A DNA stretch of 64,000 nt from a virus: IMG/VR virus record IMGVR_UViG_3300043446_003158, positions 32,001 to 96,000 of that record. One strand, 5' to 3'. The position numbers and the translations under genes were made by a program. A model generated the notes under the pieces. It had not been told where the DNA came from. It saw only the letters and a program-made list of their open reading frames with translations, and did not search any database. Positions within the stretch are counted from its first letter, which is position 1, and each line of letters begins with the position of its first letter. This document shows positions 36,376 through 45,590 of this stretch, in pieces.

Positions 36376-36915
36376 TCAAACAGTGGCACCAACTTTTACA
36401 TTTGCAGAAACATATTCAAGAACTTTATCTGGAGTTGTTTCTTCATAAGGATCGGTATCCCCATTATCACGTAAACCCTCTTCAACAAAAAGTTTTTCAA
36501 TAATTCCGTTATCTACAACAGCAGCATATCGCCAAGAACGATTACCAAAACCAAGATTTGATTTATTCACAAGCATACCCATAGAGCGTGTGAAATATGC
36601 ATTACCATCTGGAATTAAAGTAATCTTTTCAATATTTTGGTCCTTTGCCCAGGCATTCATCACAAACCCATCATTAACAGAGATGCAATAAATATCGTCG
36701 ATGCCAAGACCAATAAAGTCGTCGTATTTCTCTTCGAATCCAGGTAACTGATAGGCACTGCAAGTAGGAGTGAAAGCACCAGGCAAACTAAAAATGACCA
36801 CACGTTTATCATTAAACAGTTCTGATGTTGTACGATTTACAAATTCTCCATTTTCCCTGAATAAAAATTGAACTTCAGGAATAGTATATCCTTCGCTACG
36901 CATTTTAACCTCCAT
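36376..36915 (-). CDS. Peroxiredoxin (Prx5/type II)
   Basis: FSLPGAFTPTCS peroxidatic motif; SVNDGFVMNAW; RSWRYA. Confidence 0.92.
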   Translation of the reverse strand: MEVKMRSEGYTIPEVQFLFRENGEFVNRTTSELFNDKRVVIFSLPGAFTPTCSAYQLPGFEEKYDDFIGLGIDDIYCISVNDGFVMNAWAKDQNIEKITLIPDGNAYFTRSMGMLVNKSNLGFGNRSWRYAAVVDNGIIEKLFVEEGLRDNGDTDPYEETTPDKVLEYVSANVKVGATV

Positions 36916-36925
36916 AATTTTTTTA

Positions 36926-37447
36926 TTAGTTTTTTAATTTTAATCCACAAAAAAGAACTTTTTTTTCTGTTTTACACACATCACCATAATGTCCTAATGA
37001 AGCAAGAAAAAAGATTCCATTTCCTTTTCTAGGTTTAATTGATTTTATTGTTTTTCTTTTTTCATTTAAAGTAAATACAGTTTCCCCACCATCACAATCA
37101 TTTAAATAAATTAAAAACCCAAAATCTTCATTATGATCATGCTTATGAAATTTTTGATATCCTCCAGGATAATAATGTATAATATGAGACCAAAATAATT
37201 CAAATTTTTGTTCAAATTTTTTTTCAAAATCTTGTTTTATAGATTCTAAAAAATTAACTAGGTCATCATCATAATCTAATAAATTATCAGTATGATCTCC
37301 ATTTTCAGTAACAACTTTATTCGCTGGAGAATAGTTTTCTTCATTCCTCCAATAAATTGAATTTTTTTTATAAAACTCCAATTTATCTAATAAAAAATTT
37401 AGAGATTCATCATTAATTTTAAATTCATATAAAGAAGGAAGTTTCAT
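36926..37447 (-). CDS. 2OG-Fe(II) oxygenase
   Basis: HKHD ... IYLND..GGET ... H.G. Confidence 0.75.
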   Translation of the reverse strand: MKLPSLYEFKINDESLNFLLDKLEFYKKNSIYWRNEENYSPANKVVTENGDHTDNLLDYDDDLVNFLESIKQDFEKKFEQKFELFWSHIIHYYPGGYQKFHKHDHNEDFGFLIYLNDCDGGETVFTLNEKRKTIKSIKPRKGNGIFFLASLGHYGDVCKTEKKVLFCGLKLKN

Positions 37448-37490
37448 TCTAATTATGATATAATATGTTCTCTATATCATATCATATTAT

Positions 37491-37610
37491 TTAAAAAATA
37501 CCAGGAATAATTTGACCAGTGGTAAGATAAGAAGCAACTCCAGCAACAAATCCAATCATCGCAAAACGAGCATTAAGAATTTCTGCTTCGGGGGTAAATC
37601 CAAATTTCAT
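37491..37610 (-). CDS. hli: High-light-inducible protein (39 aa)
   Basis: Hand-translated [39 protein letters not shown]. Confidence 0.9.
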   Translation of the reverse strand: MKFGFTPEAEILNARFAMIGFVAGVASYLTTGQIIPGIF

Positions 37611-37819
37611 TTGTTTTCTCCTTGATAAGAGTGTTTTTGTTTAAGGTCTGGGTTTGGATTACAAACCAGTTTTTGTTTGATAGGTTTAATCACAATAAAC
37701 TTATCACTTTTAAGAGTGCCTGCAATTTTAACTTCTAGTTCTGCATTTTTGTCCCAGGCACCAGTATTAATTAACTCTTGAAGGGCAAGATTAAATTGCC
37801 CAAGCATGTTTGCACTCAC
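37607..37819 (-). CDS. Hypothetical protein
   Basis: Coupled to petF and hli by 4-nt overlaps. Confidence 0.6.
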   Translation of the reverse strand: MSANMLGQFNLALQELINTGAWDKNAELEVKIAGTLKSDKFIVIKPIKQKLVCNPNPDLKQKHSYQGENK

Positions 37820-38106
37820 AGATTCTCTTCCTGTTCAGTAAGGATCACACAATCGCTAGTGGGGTATGCTACACAGGTTAGCACCCAACCATCTGCAACT
37901 TGTTCATCATCAAGAAAAGATTGATCCTCATTATCTACTGTACCACTGATAAGTTTACCAGCACAAGCGGAACAAGCACCAGCACGGCAACTGGAAGGAA
38001 GATCTACGCCTGCCTCTTCAGCAGCGTCCATAATATATTGATCTTCAGGACACTGAATGGTAGTTTCAGTTCCATCGGGAGATTGGAGGGTAATGTTAAA
38101 TGCCAT
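37816..38106 (-). CDS. petF: Plant-type [2Fe-2S] ferredoxin
   Basis: [13 protein letters not shown]...VLTCVAYP. Confidence 0.97.
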   Translation of the reverse strand: MAFNITLQSPDGTETTIQCPEDQYIMDAAEEAGVDLPSSCRAGACSACAGKLISGTVDNEDQSFLDDEQVADGWVLTCVAYPTSDCVILTEQEENL

Positions 38107-38192
38107 TAATAAGTCTCACAAATTTTTTCTACAGATGCTGCCAGTAAAACAAAGAAAGCAACACTAGTAATTGTAAAGATAGTTGAAGTCAT
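38106..38192 (-). CDS. Possible 28-aa membrane peptide ([28 protein letters not shown])
   Basis: TAATG coupling to petF, but it overlaps a TTGACA-17-TACAAT promoter (38170-38198). Confidence 0.4.
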   Translation of the reverse strand: MTSTIFTITSVAFFVLLAASVEKICETY

Positions 38193-38206
38193 TGTCAAGC
38201 CCCTAA

Positions 38207-38410
38207 TCAGAAGATCCCGAAGAAGAGTTTGCCAGTGATAAAATAAGAAATAGCACCAGCAAAAATCCCGACCATTGCCCAGCGCCCATTATACATCTCC
38301 GTAGTTTGCATGGGGGTCAGAAGACCTTTACGTTTGTATTCTTGATAAACCATTTCAGGCTCTTTGGCCCACATGTTTTGTTGTCCGTACTCATTAGTTG
38401 TTACAGTCAT
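38207..38410 (-). CDS. hli: High-light-inducible protein (second copy)
   Basis: N-terminal QQNMWAKEP and EMYNGRWAMVG motifs; start refined to MTVTTNEY. Confidence 0.9.
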   Translation of the reverse strand: MTVTTNEYGQQNMWAKEPEMVYQEYKRKGLLTPMQTTEMYNGRWAMVGIFAGAISYFITGKLFFGIF

Positions 38411-38437
38411 TGTAGTTTTGTAAAGAACTGTTACAAT

Positions 38438-38476
38438 ATTATATAGCAAAAATAAAGAGGGGTCAAGACCCTCTTT
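38438..38476 (-). promoter_or_regulatory. Terminator hairpin overlapping a sigma70 promoter (TTGACC-17-TATAAT)
   Basis: AAAGAGGG TCTTGAC CCCTCTTT then ATTTTT. Confidence 0.7.
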
Positions 38477-38505
38477 GTTCGGATATCCTAACACAATAAG
38501 TATAT

Positions 38506-39297
38506 TTACTCAGACGATTTAACAATTGGTATTCTGTTAGCATAAGCATCATAATCAAATATAAAGTTCCAATCTGAAATATCAACTGCTTCATTTCTCC
38601 AAAATTGCCACAGACCCTCATAACTACTTCTATGAAAACTATCTATATGGTCATCATGAATATCGGATCCCAACTCAATTTTATACATAAACAAAGGCAT
38701 TGCAAAAGTATTTCCAGAATTGTAAATTAAATCATCTGCTACTGCTCTTGGTTTTACTCCGTTATCAAGTTTATACTTATCTTCCCTACAATGAAGATTG
38801 ATAAGTTTTTGTGCATGATGACGAGTTATTAAATAACATGCCGTAGAAAAATCATTAACAAATCTACGATGAAGTCTCATATGTATTTGAGATGGATTAA
38901 TAATCGCTAATTGTATTACATCATAATCATAAGGAATCTTACAATAAAAGTCTTTCCAATTAAATGGCCAATGTTTTACAGTATCTAAATCACAATCATC
39001 TTCCATAATTAAAGCAACTTGTTCATTAGAAAATTCTAAAAAATGCTTTAATGCTTTTAAATGTGAAGTAACGCACCCTACTTCTCCAGAATTCATCATA
39101 TCTGGATATCTTCCTTTAAGCAAATGTCCAAGATCATCATCTCTACCATCATAAGCAGATATACGAGTATAATTTTCTATTTGCCAATATTTAAATTGTT
39201 CCTCCATGTATTTGGCACGTTCTTGTTTATCATCTAAATTAATATAATAGATGTGTGGAAGACCCTTAAGTTTATATGCAGATTTATTTTTATCCAT
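38506..39297 (-). CDS. Glycosyltransferase family 25
   Basis: YYINLD...ER, RISAYDG, GEVGCVTSH, LIMEDD. Confidence 0.85.
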   Translation of the reverse strand: MDKNKSAYKLKGLPHIYYINLDDKQERAKYMEEQFKYWQIENYTRISAYDGRDDDLGHLLKGRYPDMMNSGEVGCVTSHLKALKHFLEFSNEQVALIMEDDCDLDTVKHWPFNWKDFYCKIPYDYDVIQLAIINPSQIHMRLHRRFVNDFSTACYLITRHHAQKLINLHCREDKYKLDNGVKPRAVADDLIYNSGNTFAMPLFMYKIELGSDIHDDHIDSFHRSSYEGLWQFWRNEAVDISDWNFIFDYDAYANRIPIVKSSE

Positions 39298-39298
39298 A

Positions 39299-40009
39299 TC
39301 AATCTAAATTTTCTAATAAACAACCTTGCCAAGCAAGTGGTAAAACTCTTTCAAAGAAATGAGATTCCATAGGATTTGGATCATAATCAGTATAATCTAT
39401 CATTTTTTGATAAAACTTTTTAGTGTACTTTAAAATATTCTGTTTGGGGACAACAAAATTTGCACCTGGGCAGAATGACAAATATTCTGGAATTTGTTTT
39501 ATAATGAATAAATCTTCCAAAAAATCTTTTATATTTTTTATTCTGGGATAAACTTTTAAATCTTTATTATCTCCCATAAATCTTTCAGTTTTTTCCAAGT
39601 GAGAAGAATCATTTACATAAAATCCTTCTCCCCATGGTTCAAAATAATTTTTTTCTCCAGTTCCTATTGGATCGTTATCTATTGGGACAAACCAATTTGC
39701 ATTCAAAGCATAAATTAATCTTTCCCGATTAGTATAAGTTCTCCAAGTTATATTACCTTTAATTAAAATATTAATATCAGCAAGATCATCATAATTTTCG
39801 ACAATATATCTACCATAATCATATATGTTAGATCCAACATTTGGTGACTCAAATACTTTTCCCAAATGTTTGTATTGATCTACTCCATTTCCACTTCTAT
39901 CATAAATGTAAATATGTTCTGAGGTTATTCCATGATCTTCAAGATCTTTTAACCATTCTAAATCATGACTAGAATGATTTGTGACTACAATTCTTCTACT
40001 TATACTCAT
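39299..40009 (-). CDS. DUF3431-like protein
   Basis: PNVG...Y..YIVENYDDL; GANFVVPK; FERV. Confidence 0.6.
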   Translation of the reverse strand: MSISRRIVVTNHSSHDLEWLKDLEDHGITSEHIYIYDRSGNGVDQYKHLGKVFESPNVGSNIYDYGRYIVENYDDLADINILIKGNITWRTYTNRERLIYALNANWFVPIDNDPIGTGEKNYFEPWGEGFYVNDSSHLEKTERFMGDNKDLKVYPRIKNIKDFLEDLFIIKQIPEYLSFCPGANFVVPKQNILKYTKKFYQKMIDYTDYDPNPMESHFFERVLPLAWQGCLLENLD

Positions 40010-41091
40010 TGTTTCTTAAATTTATTAAATGCAGATTCAATCACAACATGCATATCCATATACTTATATTCAGATAGTCTACCCCCAAATATAGTATTTG
40101 TCAATAATTTAGATTTTTCTTTATACTTATTAAAAATATTTTGGTTATAAAAATCGTTTATTGGATAATATGGTGTTAATCCAATCCTATATTCTATAGA
40201 ATATTCTTTAGTAATGATAGTATTTTTTGTGTTTACGTTTTCAAAGTGCTTATGCTCTACAATTCTAGTCCATTTTTTAGTATCACAAGTATAATTCATT
40301 TGAGAAACTGCTTGATAATTATCTGAATTAATAATTTCAGTATCAAATTTTAATGACCGATACTGTAAATTTCCATACTCATAATCAAAAAATTCATCTA
40401 TACATCCAGTATATACTATAGTTTTTGCCAAGGAATTGTAATAATTTTTGTCAGAAAAATAATCAACACCTAGTTGAATTGGTATTCCCTCAAGCATGTT
40501 TTCAAACATTTTAGTATATCCACCTACTGGAATACCTTGATATCTATCATTGAAATAATTATTATCAAAAGTAAATCTTAAAGGAAGTCTTTTAATTATA
40601 AAGGAGGGAAGATCCTTTGCAGATCTTCCCCAATGTTTTTCAGTATATCCTTTAATTAAAGTGTTGTATATATCCTCACCAACAAGAGCCAGCGCCTGTT
40701 CTTCAAGATTTCCAACAGTTCCCTTAAATTTTTGAGATTCTATTATTGTTTTTACCTGTTGAGGATCTTTAGTATTCCACAATTCATAAAAAGTATTCAT
40801 ATTAAATGGCAAAGAATATAATTTATTCTTATGCCATGCTTTAGGAGAATGTATATAATTGTTAAATTCAGCAAATCTATTTACAAAATTCCAAACTAGT
40901 TTGTTACTAGTATGAAATATATGTGGACCATATTCATGAACATTTATCCCTTCAATATTTTTAGTATAGCAATTTCCAGCAATATGATTTCTCTTATCTA
41001 TAATTAAACAAGACTTGCCATTATCTACGGCAAGTCTTGCAAATGTAGATCCGAACAAACCACAACCAATTATTAAATAATCATATTTCAT
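40006..41091 (-). CDS. glf: UDP-galactopyranose mutase
   Basis: IIGCGLFG, HIAGNCY, HEYGPHIFHT, RYQGIP, GGRLSEYKYMDM. Confidence 0.95.
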   Translation of the reverse strand: MKYDYLIIGCGLFGSTFARLAVDNGKSCLIIDKRNHIAGNCYTKNIEGINVHEYGPHIFHTSNKLVWNFVNRFAEFNNYIHSPKAWHKNKLYSLPFNMNTFYELWNTKDPQQVKTIIESQKFKGTVGNLEEQALALVGEDIYNTLIKGYTEKHWGRSAKDLPSFIIKRLPLRFTFDNNYFNDRYQGIPVGGYTKMFENMLEGIPIQLGVDYFSDKNYYNSLAKTIVYTGCIDEFFDYEYGNLQYRSLKFDTEIINSDNYQAVSQMNYTCDTKKWTRIVEHKHFENVNTKNTIITKEYSIEYRIGLTPYYPINDFYNQNIFNKYKEKSKLLTNTIFGGRLSEYKYMDMHVVIESAFNKFKKQ

Positions 41092-42520
41092 TAAATATTA
41101 ATCTCCAAAATCTTTCAACATGATATGCCATTTGTGGATTATTTGGATTATATCTATTTTTACCATCAAAATATCTTTCATTAACTTGAAGTAGTTTTTC
41201 ATTTACTTCATCATATCCATCAACACTTGGATCGTATTCAAATATTTTAAGTATATTCTTATAAAACTCTATTGGTCTTGAATGTATTGCTTTTTTTGAT
41301 ACGACAAATTGAGCACCAGATGCATAAGTATACGTTTCCCCTTCTGCAGGTAAACGATCAAACACTTTAACATAAGCATCCACTATATTTGGACACTCCA
41401 TATGATACGGTTCTCTTATATATTCATAATCACCAGTTATAACACATGCAAGTATTTTATAAAAATCTCCAATTTGTTTATCATTAAAAATGATATCATT
41501 TAAAAGATTAAAAAGTCTTTCTTGTTGATCCTGATGAGGGTAAATGTGATCAAAAGGATTTCCCTGAAGAAATATAGTATAATTTGCTAGATTATCATAA
41601 TTATTAATAATATGATGCAGGTATGTATGAGGTTCTCTACCAATATTTTTTAAAGGAATTGCATTATCAATTATATCATCCCCTTTATTATAAAGAGTGA
41701 TATAATTTAAATAATTTTTTGTCCATTCAATATTTTCATTATATCTGGCAACAACTATTTCAAAATATTTTTTATCATTATCTTCTATAACATCAGATAA
41801 AATTTTAAATAAAAGGTTTGTTTTTTCAATATCATTTACTTGATATTCATTATGCCAACTACAAGCATTTCTAAAATGTAAAAATTTACCTTTAAAATGA
41901 AGTTCATAATTATATCCATTGGTTAAAGATTTATCTTTTAAATTTAACCCACAGTATTCATCTGGATATTCAACTCCACTATCAAAAAATTTAATTTTTT
42001 GATTACTTAATAAAGAATATGTCCCACCACCTGTGTCTAAAGATTGTCCATCTACAATTTTTGGATAAAAATCAAATTCAATATTTTTTACAGAAGATTT
42101 TTTAAATCCACAAAGTCCAGGCCAAACATATTGAATATTTTTACGGGTTTGCAATAATCCAAATACATCATATTCACCAACTTCAAGATATGGATTAAAA
42201 TCACTAATTAAAAACATATCATGATCTAAAAAAATAACCATATAATCATCATCATCTTTTAAGATCTGATTTTCATAAATCCAACTAATTACCTGTCCAT
42301 TATAAAAACTTGGTGTTTGACCTGGTTCAGATACATGGCAATAAAAATTTACATCATTATTTTGACATATATTTTTAAACTGCTCATAATATTCATTATC
42401 TCTAGTATCATAAACTACATTAATTTCACAATCACCAATTAAAAACTTTTTAATAGAGTTTATTTGATGTTGTAAAATATCTGGTCTATTAAAAACGAAA
42501 GAAAAAATTTTTATTTTCAT
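41081..42520 (-). CDS. Glycosyltransferase-like domain fused to DUF3431
   Basis: N-terminal FLDHDMF; C-terminal IVVARYNE...NIGREPHTYLHHI..NYDNLA...FLQGNPFDH. Confidence 0.65.
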   Translation of the reverse strand: MKIKIFSFVFNRPDILQHQINSIKKFLIGDCEINVVYDTRDNEYYEQFKNICQNNDVNFYCHVSEPGQTPSFYNGQVISWIYENQILKDDDDYMVIFLDHDMFLISDFNPYLEVGEYDVFGLLQTRKNIQYVWPGLCGFKKSSVKNIEFDFYPKIVDGQSLDTGGGTYSLLSNQKIKFFDSGVEYPDEYCGLNLKDKSLTNGYNYELHFKGKFLHFRNACSWHNEYQVNDIEKTNLLFKILSDVIEDNDKKYFEIVVARYNENIEWTKNYLNYITLYNKGDDIIDNAIPLKNIGREPHTYLHHIINNYDNLANYTIFLQGNPFDHIYPHQDQQERLFNLLNDIIFNDKQIGDFYKILACVITGDYEYIREPYHMECPNIVDAYVKVFDRLPAEGETYTYASGAQFVVSKKAIHSRPIEFYKNILKIFEYDPSVDGYDEVNEKLLQVNERYFDGKNRYNPNNPQMAYHVERFWRLIFNEI

Positions 42521-42532
42521 GTTATTAAAATA

Positions 42533-43429
42533 TTAGAGTTGAGAATTAATCCATTCTTCAAGTTTTACAGTTGGTTCCCAACCAAAAGTTTTGCGAAGTT
42601 TTTGATTATTGGCAAGACTTACTCTTGCTTCTCCAGGACGAGGAGAAATATTTATTGAAGGATGTCCAATCATCCTAGCAATTTGATTAATGGAATAATT
42701 ATTGCCAGTTCCAACATTATAAACTTGCCCAAATGCCTCTGAATCAACATTGGTTGTTGCAGCAAGGATATTTGCATTCACAACATCACCAACATAAGTA
42801 AAATCTCTTCTTTGATTTCCATCACCAACAATAGTCAATTCTTCACCTGCTGCACGTTGACGTAAGAAAATACCAATTACGGGAGCATATTGACCACGAA
42901 GTGGTTGTCTTTCACCATAAACATTAAAATACCTAAAGCATATAGTTTGAAGACCATAGAGTTTCGTATACATTTTACATAATTTTTCACCATTTACTTT
43001 TGAAACCGAATATGGATTTAAACAATCGTCGGGTTGAGTTTCTATATTAGGTGGTTCATTCATTCCATATCCAGAAGAAGTAGAAGAATACATTACTCTT
43101 TTCACTCCCGCTTCTCTAGCACATTGAAGAACAGTACAAGTTCCTACAGAGTTGATACTAACTGCTTCAATTGGATTTAAAATAGCAGGTTGAATACGTG
43201 CTTCCGCAGCAAGATGAAAAACATAATCTACACCATCGTAAAGAGGTCGTGTATTTTCATAGTCACGAATATCATACTTGTAATTTTGTGCCCTGTCATT
43301 CCAATAAAAGTGTTCATGAACATCAGAATATTCATTATCAATTACAATTACTTCGTGCCCCAAATCAATAAGACGATCTACAAGATTTGATCCGATAAAT
43401 CCAGCACCACCAGTTACTAAACTCTTCAT
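42533..43429 (-). CDS. NAD-dependent nucleotide-sugar epimerase/dehydratase
   Basis: LVTGGAGFIGS, YxxxK (YSVSK), FRYFNVYG, RDFTYVGD. Confidence 0.92.
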   Translation of the reverse strand: MKSLVTGGAGFIGSNLVDRLIDLGHEVIVIDNEYSDVHEHFYWNDRAQNYKYDIRDYENTRPLYDGVDYVFHLAAEARIQPAILNPIEAVSINSVGTCTVLQCAREAGVKRVMYSSTSSGYGMNEPPNIETQPDDCLNPYSVSKVNGEKLCKMYTKLYGLQTICFRYFNVYGERQPLRGQYAPVIGIFLRQRAAGEELTIVGDGNQRRDFTYVGDVVNANILAATTNVDSEAFGQVYNVGTGNNYSINQIARMIGHPSINISPRPGEARVSLANNQKLRKTFGWEPTVKLEEWINSQL

Positions 43430-44064
43430 TTTTTAATCTCCAAAGGTTTCCAAAAATTTCTATTTAAGTTAAAAAAATCAACACTAGGATAAGAACTTAA
43501 TTTCATATCAGTTCCATTTGAACTTGTTTGATAAAACATAGGATCATCAAACGCATAAGCATTATAATATTTTTGAATTTCAGCAAATCCGATATCAAGA
43601 TGATCTCCTATTTGATAAAAATATTTTGCTATATTTTTACATATAGAACAATATTCTTCTGTAAGAAATAGCATAGCATGTGTACTAAGCATATTATATA
43701 TTTTCAATAACCCATTATCTAAAATATCATATTTCACACACGGTCCAGAATGCGAATTCATTCTTCCCCAAGAAGATATTCCAAGATAAATTATATCAGA
43801 ATCATCAGGAACTTCTATAATTGGATGAAAATTTTTAATGTCACAATCATCTTCCAAAATTATATAAGGTGGTTCAAAAGAACTTAATATCGTGTAGTGG
43901 GATGCTGCACATCCAGACATGGGATTTTTATGCTCCAACCCCTCAACTCTAGTAGAATTTGTAAATCCACAATCAGATATTATTTTTTTTATTTTTTTAT
44001 TTTTATCAATATCTTTTTCCATATTGATATAGTAAACTGGAATTTCCAATAAATTAAGTTTCAT
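43426..44064 (-). CDS. GT25-like glycosyltransferase
   Basis: YYINM, GCAASH, IILEDD. Confidence 0.7.
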   Translation of the reverse strand: MKLNLLEIPVYYINMEKDIDKNKKIKKIISDCGFTNSTRVEGLEHKNPMSGCAASHYTILSSFEPPYIILEDDCDIKNFHPIIEVPDDSDIIYLGISSWGRMNSHSGPCVKYDILDNGLLKIYNMLSTHAMLFLTEEYCSICKNIAKYFYQIGDHLDIGFAEIQKYYNAYAFDDPMFYQTSSNGTDMKLSSYPSVDFFNLNRNFWKPLEIKK

Positions 44065-44065
44065 A

Positions 44066-44797
44066 TTATTTTCTAATTTCAGAATGATTTTTTAATAAAT
44101 GAATTATTTTTCTTTGGGTTGGATCAATATTAGGATAATTTAGATCTTTATTCGGATCAATATCATAAACTTCTGGAAAAGAATATTCTGGTCCAAGAGT
44201 ATAAACCCTTTCACTATTTTCCAAGAAAAACTTATTAATATGACTTTCATCATGCCATTCTGCAATTATATTTTTTTCCAAATCTATTTGAATTTGTTGA
44301 TGAAGTTTTTGAATCATTTCAAACACATAAGGAACTCTTCCACCCCATAGAGATCCTTGCCAATACCTACCAGTATCTTCTTCAACATATGCTTGAGAAA
44401 TTCTTCTTTTTTCATAAGGAATTCCTTGAGACTTTTTATAGAATCCTGGGTGATAAACTCCTATGAAATCTTTTTCTGTTAAAATTTCTTCCTCCAAAAT
44501 TTTTTGATTTACTAACATATCAGCATCTAGATAAATCAAATAATCGTAATTAAGTAAATTATTTTTTTCTTTTAAAATAGTTTTAAATCTATGTAAAGTT
44601 GGTAATGGCCATTTCTCAAGTTGGGTTTCAATTATTTTAATATTATTAGGAATTTCTCCTCCAAAATCAGCATCGGTAAAACAAAAATATGTTTTTTCAG
44701 AATTTGTTAAAAAATATTTTTCACAATTTTCATAATATTTTGGAAAGAAATCTGCATACTTTCCAGTTCCAATAAAAATAATAGCAATATTTTTCAT
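44066..44797 (-). CDS. Glycosyltransferase family 6 (copy 1)
   Basis: IGTGKY, WPLPTLHRF, LDADM, YWQGSLWGG, WHDESHINK. Confidence 0.88.
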   Translation of the reverse strand: MKNIAIIFIGTGKYADFFPKYYENCEKYFLTNSEKTYFCFTDADFGGEIPNNIKIIETQLEKWPLPTLHRFKTILKEKNNLLNYDYLIYLDADMLVNQKILEEEILTEKDFIGVYHPGFYKKSQGIPYEKRRISQAYVEEDTGRYWQGSLWGGRVPYVFEMIQKLHQQIQIDLEKNIIAEWHDESHINKFFLENSERVYTLGPEYSFPEVYDIDPNKDLNYPNIDPTQRKIIHLLKNHSEIRK

Positions 44798-44799
44798 TA

Positions 44800-45495
44800 T
44801 TAATTTCTAAGTTCTTGATGATTTTTCTTTAATGCAATAATTTTAGCATGAAATGGATAATTTAGATTGTCAAGTTGCTCTTCAGCAAAACAATATGAAG
44901 GTGTTAAACTTAATGTTGGGGGATTGTCAATCAAATAACGATTCATATGAGATTCATCATGCCAAAGAGCAATCACTTCATTTTCAAGATCTTTTTTTAC
45001 TTTTTCAGCAATCACTTCTGACATCTCAAGAAACCGTTTGGTAGAACCACCATTGAACCCACCAGCATAATAGTTCTCCCCTTCCTGACCCACAGGCACG
45101 TATGCGAGCGACTGTGGGTTTCTATCGTAAGTCCTCTGTTCCTTTGGATAGAAGGACTGGTAGGGATGCTGAGTGGCAACTAGATCGCTTAGAACCTCAT
45201 CACCGACCTTATCTACCAAACCCATATCCACGTCGAAGTAGAAACAATAATCAAACTGGGAGATAAACTCCTTCTCTTTTATGAAGTAGTTGTACCTTTT
45301 CAGGGTAGGCATTGGCCAAGGTTCGTGATCAATCTGACAAACTCTTACGTTATCAGATGTTTCTACTTCATGGTCAGTAAACAGTAAACACTCAATCTCA
45401 TGTCCATTAAGAAAGTTTTCTTCAATATTATCAAGGAGTCTTTCAACAAACCGAATGTACTTATTTGTAGCAATACACAGGATACAGATTTTCAT
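44800..45495 (-). CDS. Glycosyltransferase family 6 (copy 2)
   Basis: IATNKY, WPMPTLKRY, FDVDM, YYAGGFNGG, WHDESHMNR. Confidence 0.92.
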   Translation of the reverse strand: MKICILCIATNKYIRFVERLLDNIEENFLNGHEIECLLFTDHEVETSDNVRVCQIDHEPWPMPTLKRYNYFIKEKEFISQFDYCFYFDVDMGLVDKVGDEVLSDLVATQHPYQSFYPKEQRTYDRNPQSLAYVPVGQEGENYYAGGFNGGSTKRFLEMSEVIAEKVKKDLENEVIALWHDESHMNRYLIDNPPTLSLTPSYCFAEEQLDNLNYPFHAKIIALKKNHQELRN

Positions 45496-45590
45496 ATTTT
45501 TATCAAATTATCTAATATTACGTTATGTTCAATATTATCTATACAGCATTTTTGAGGGGTAATTCTATTTGATTAAATAAACATACAAAT

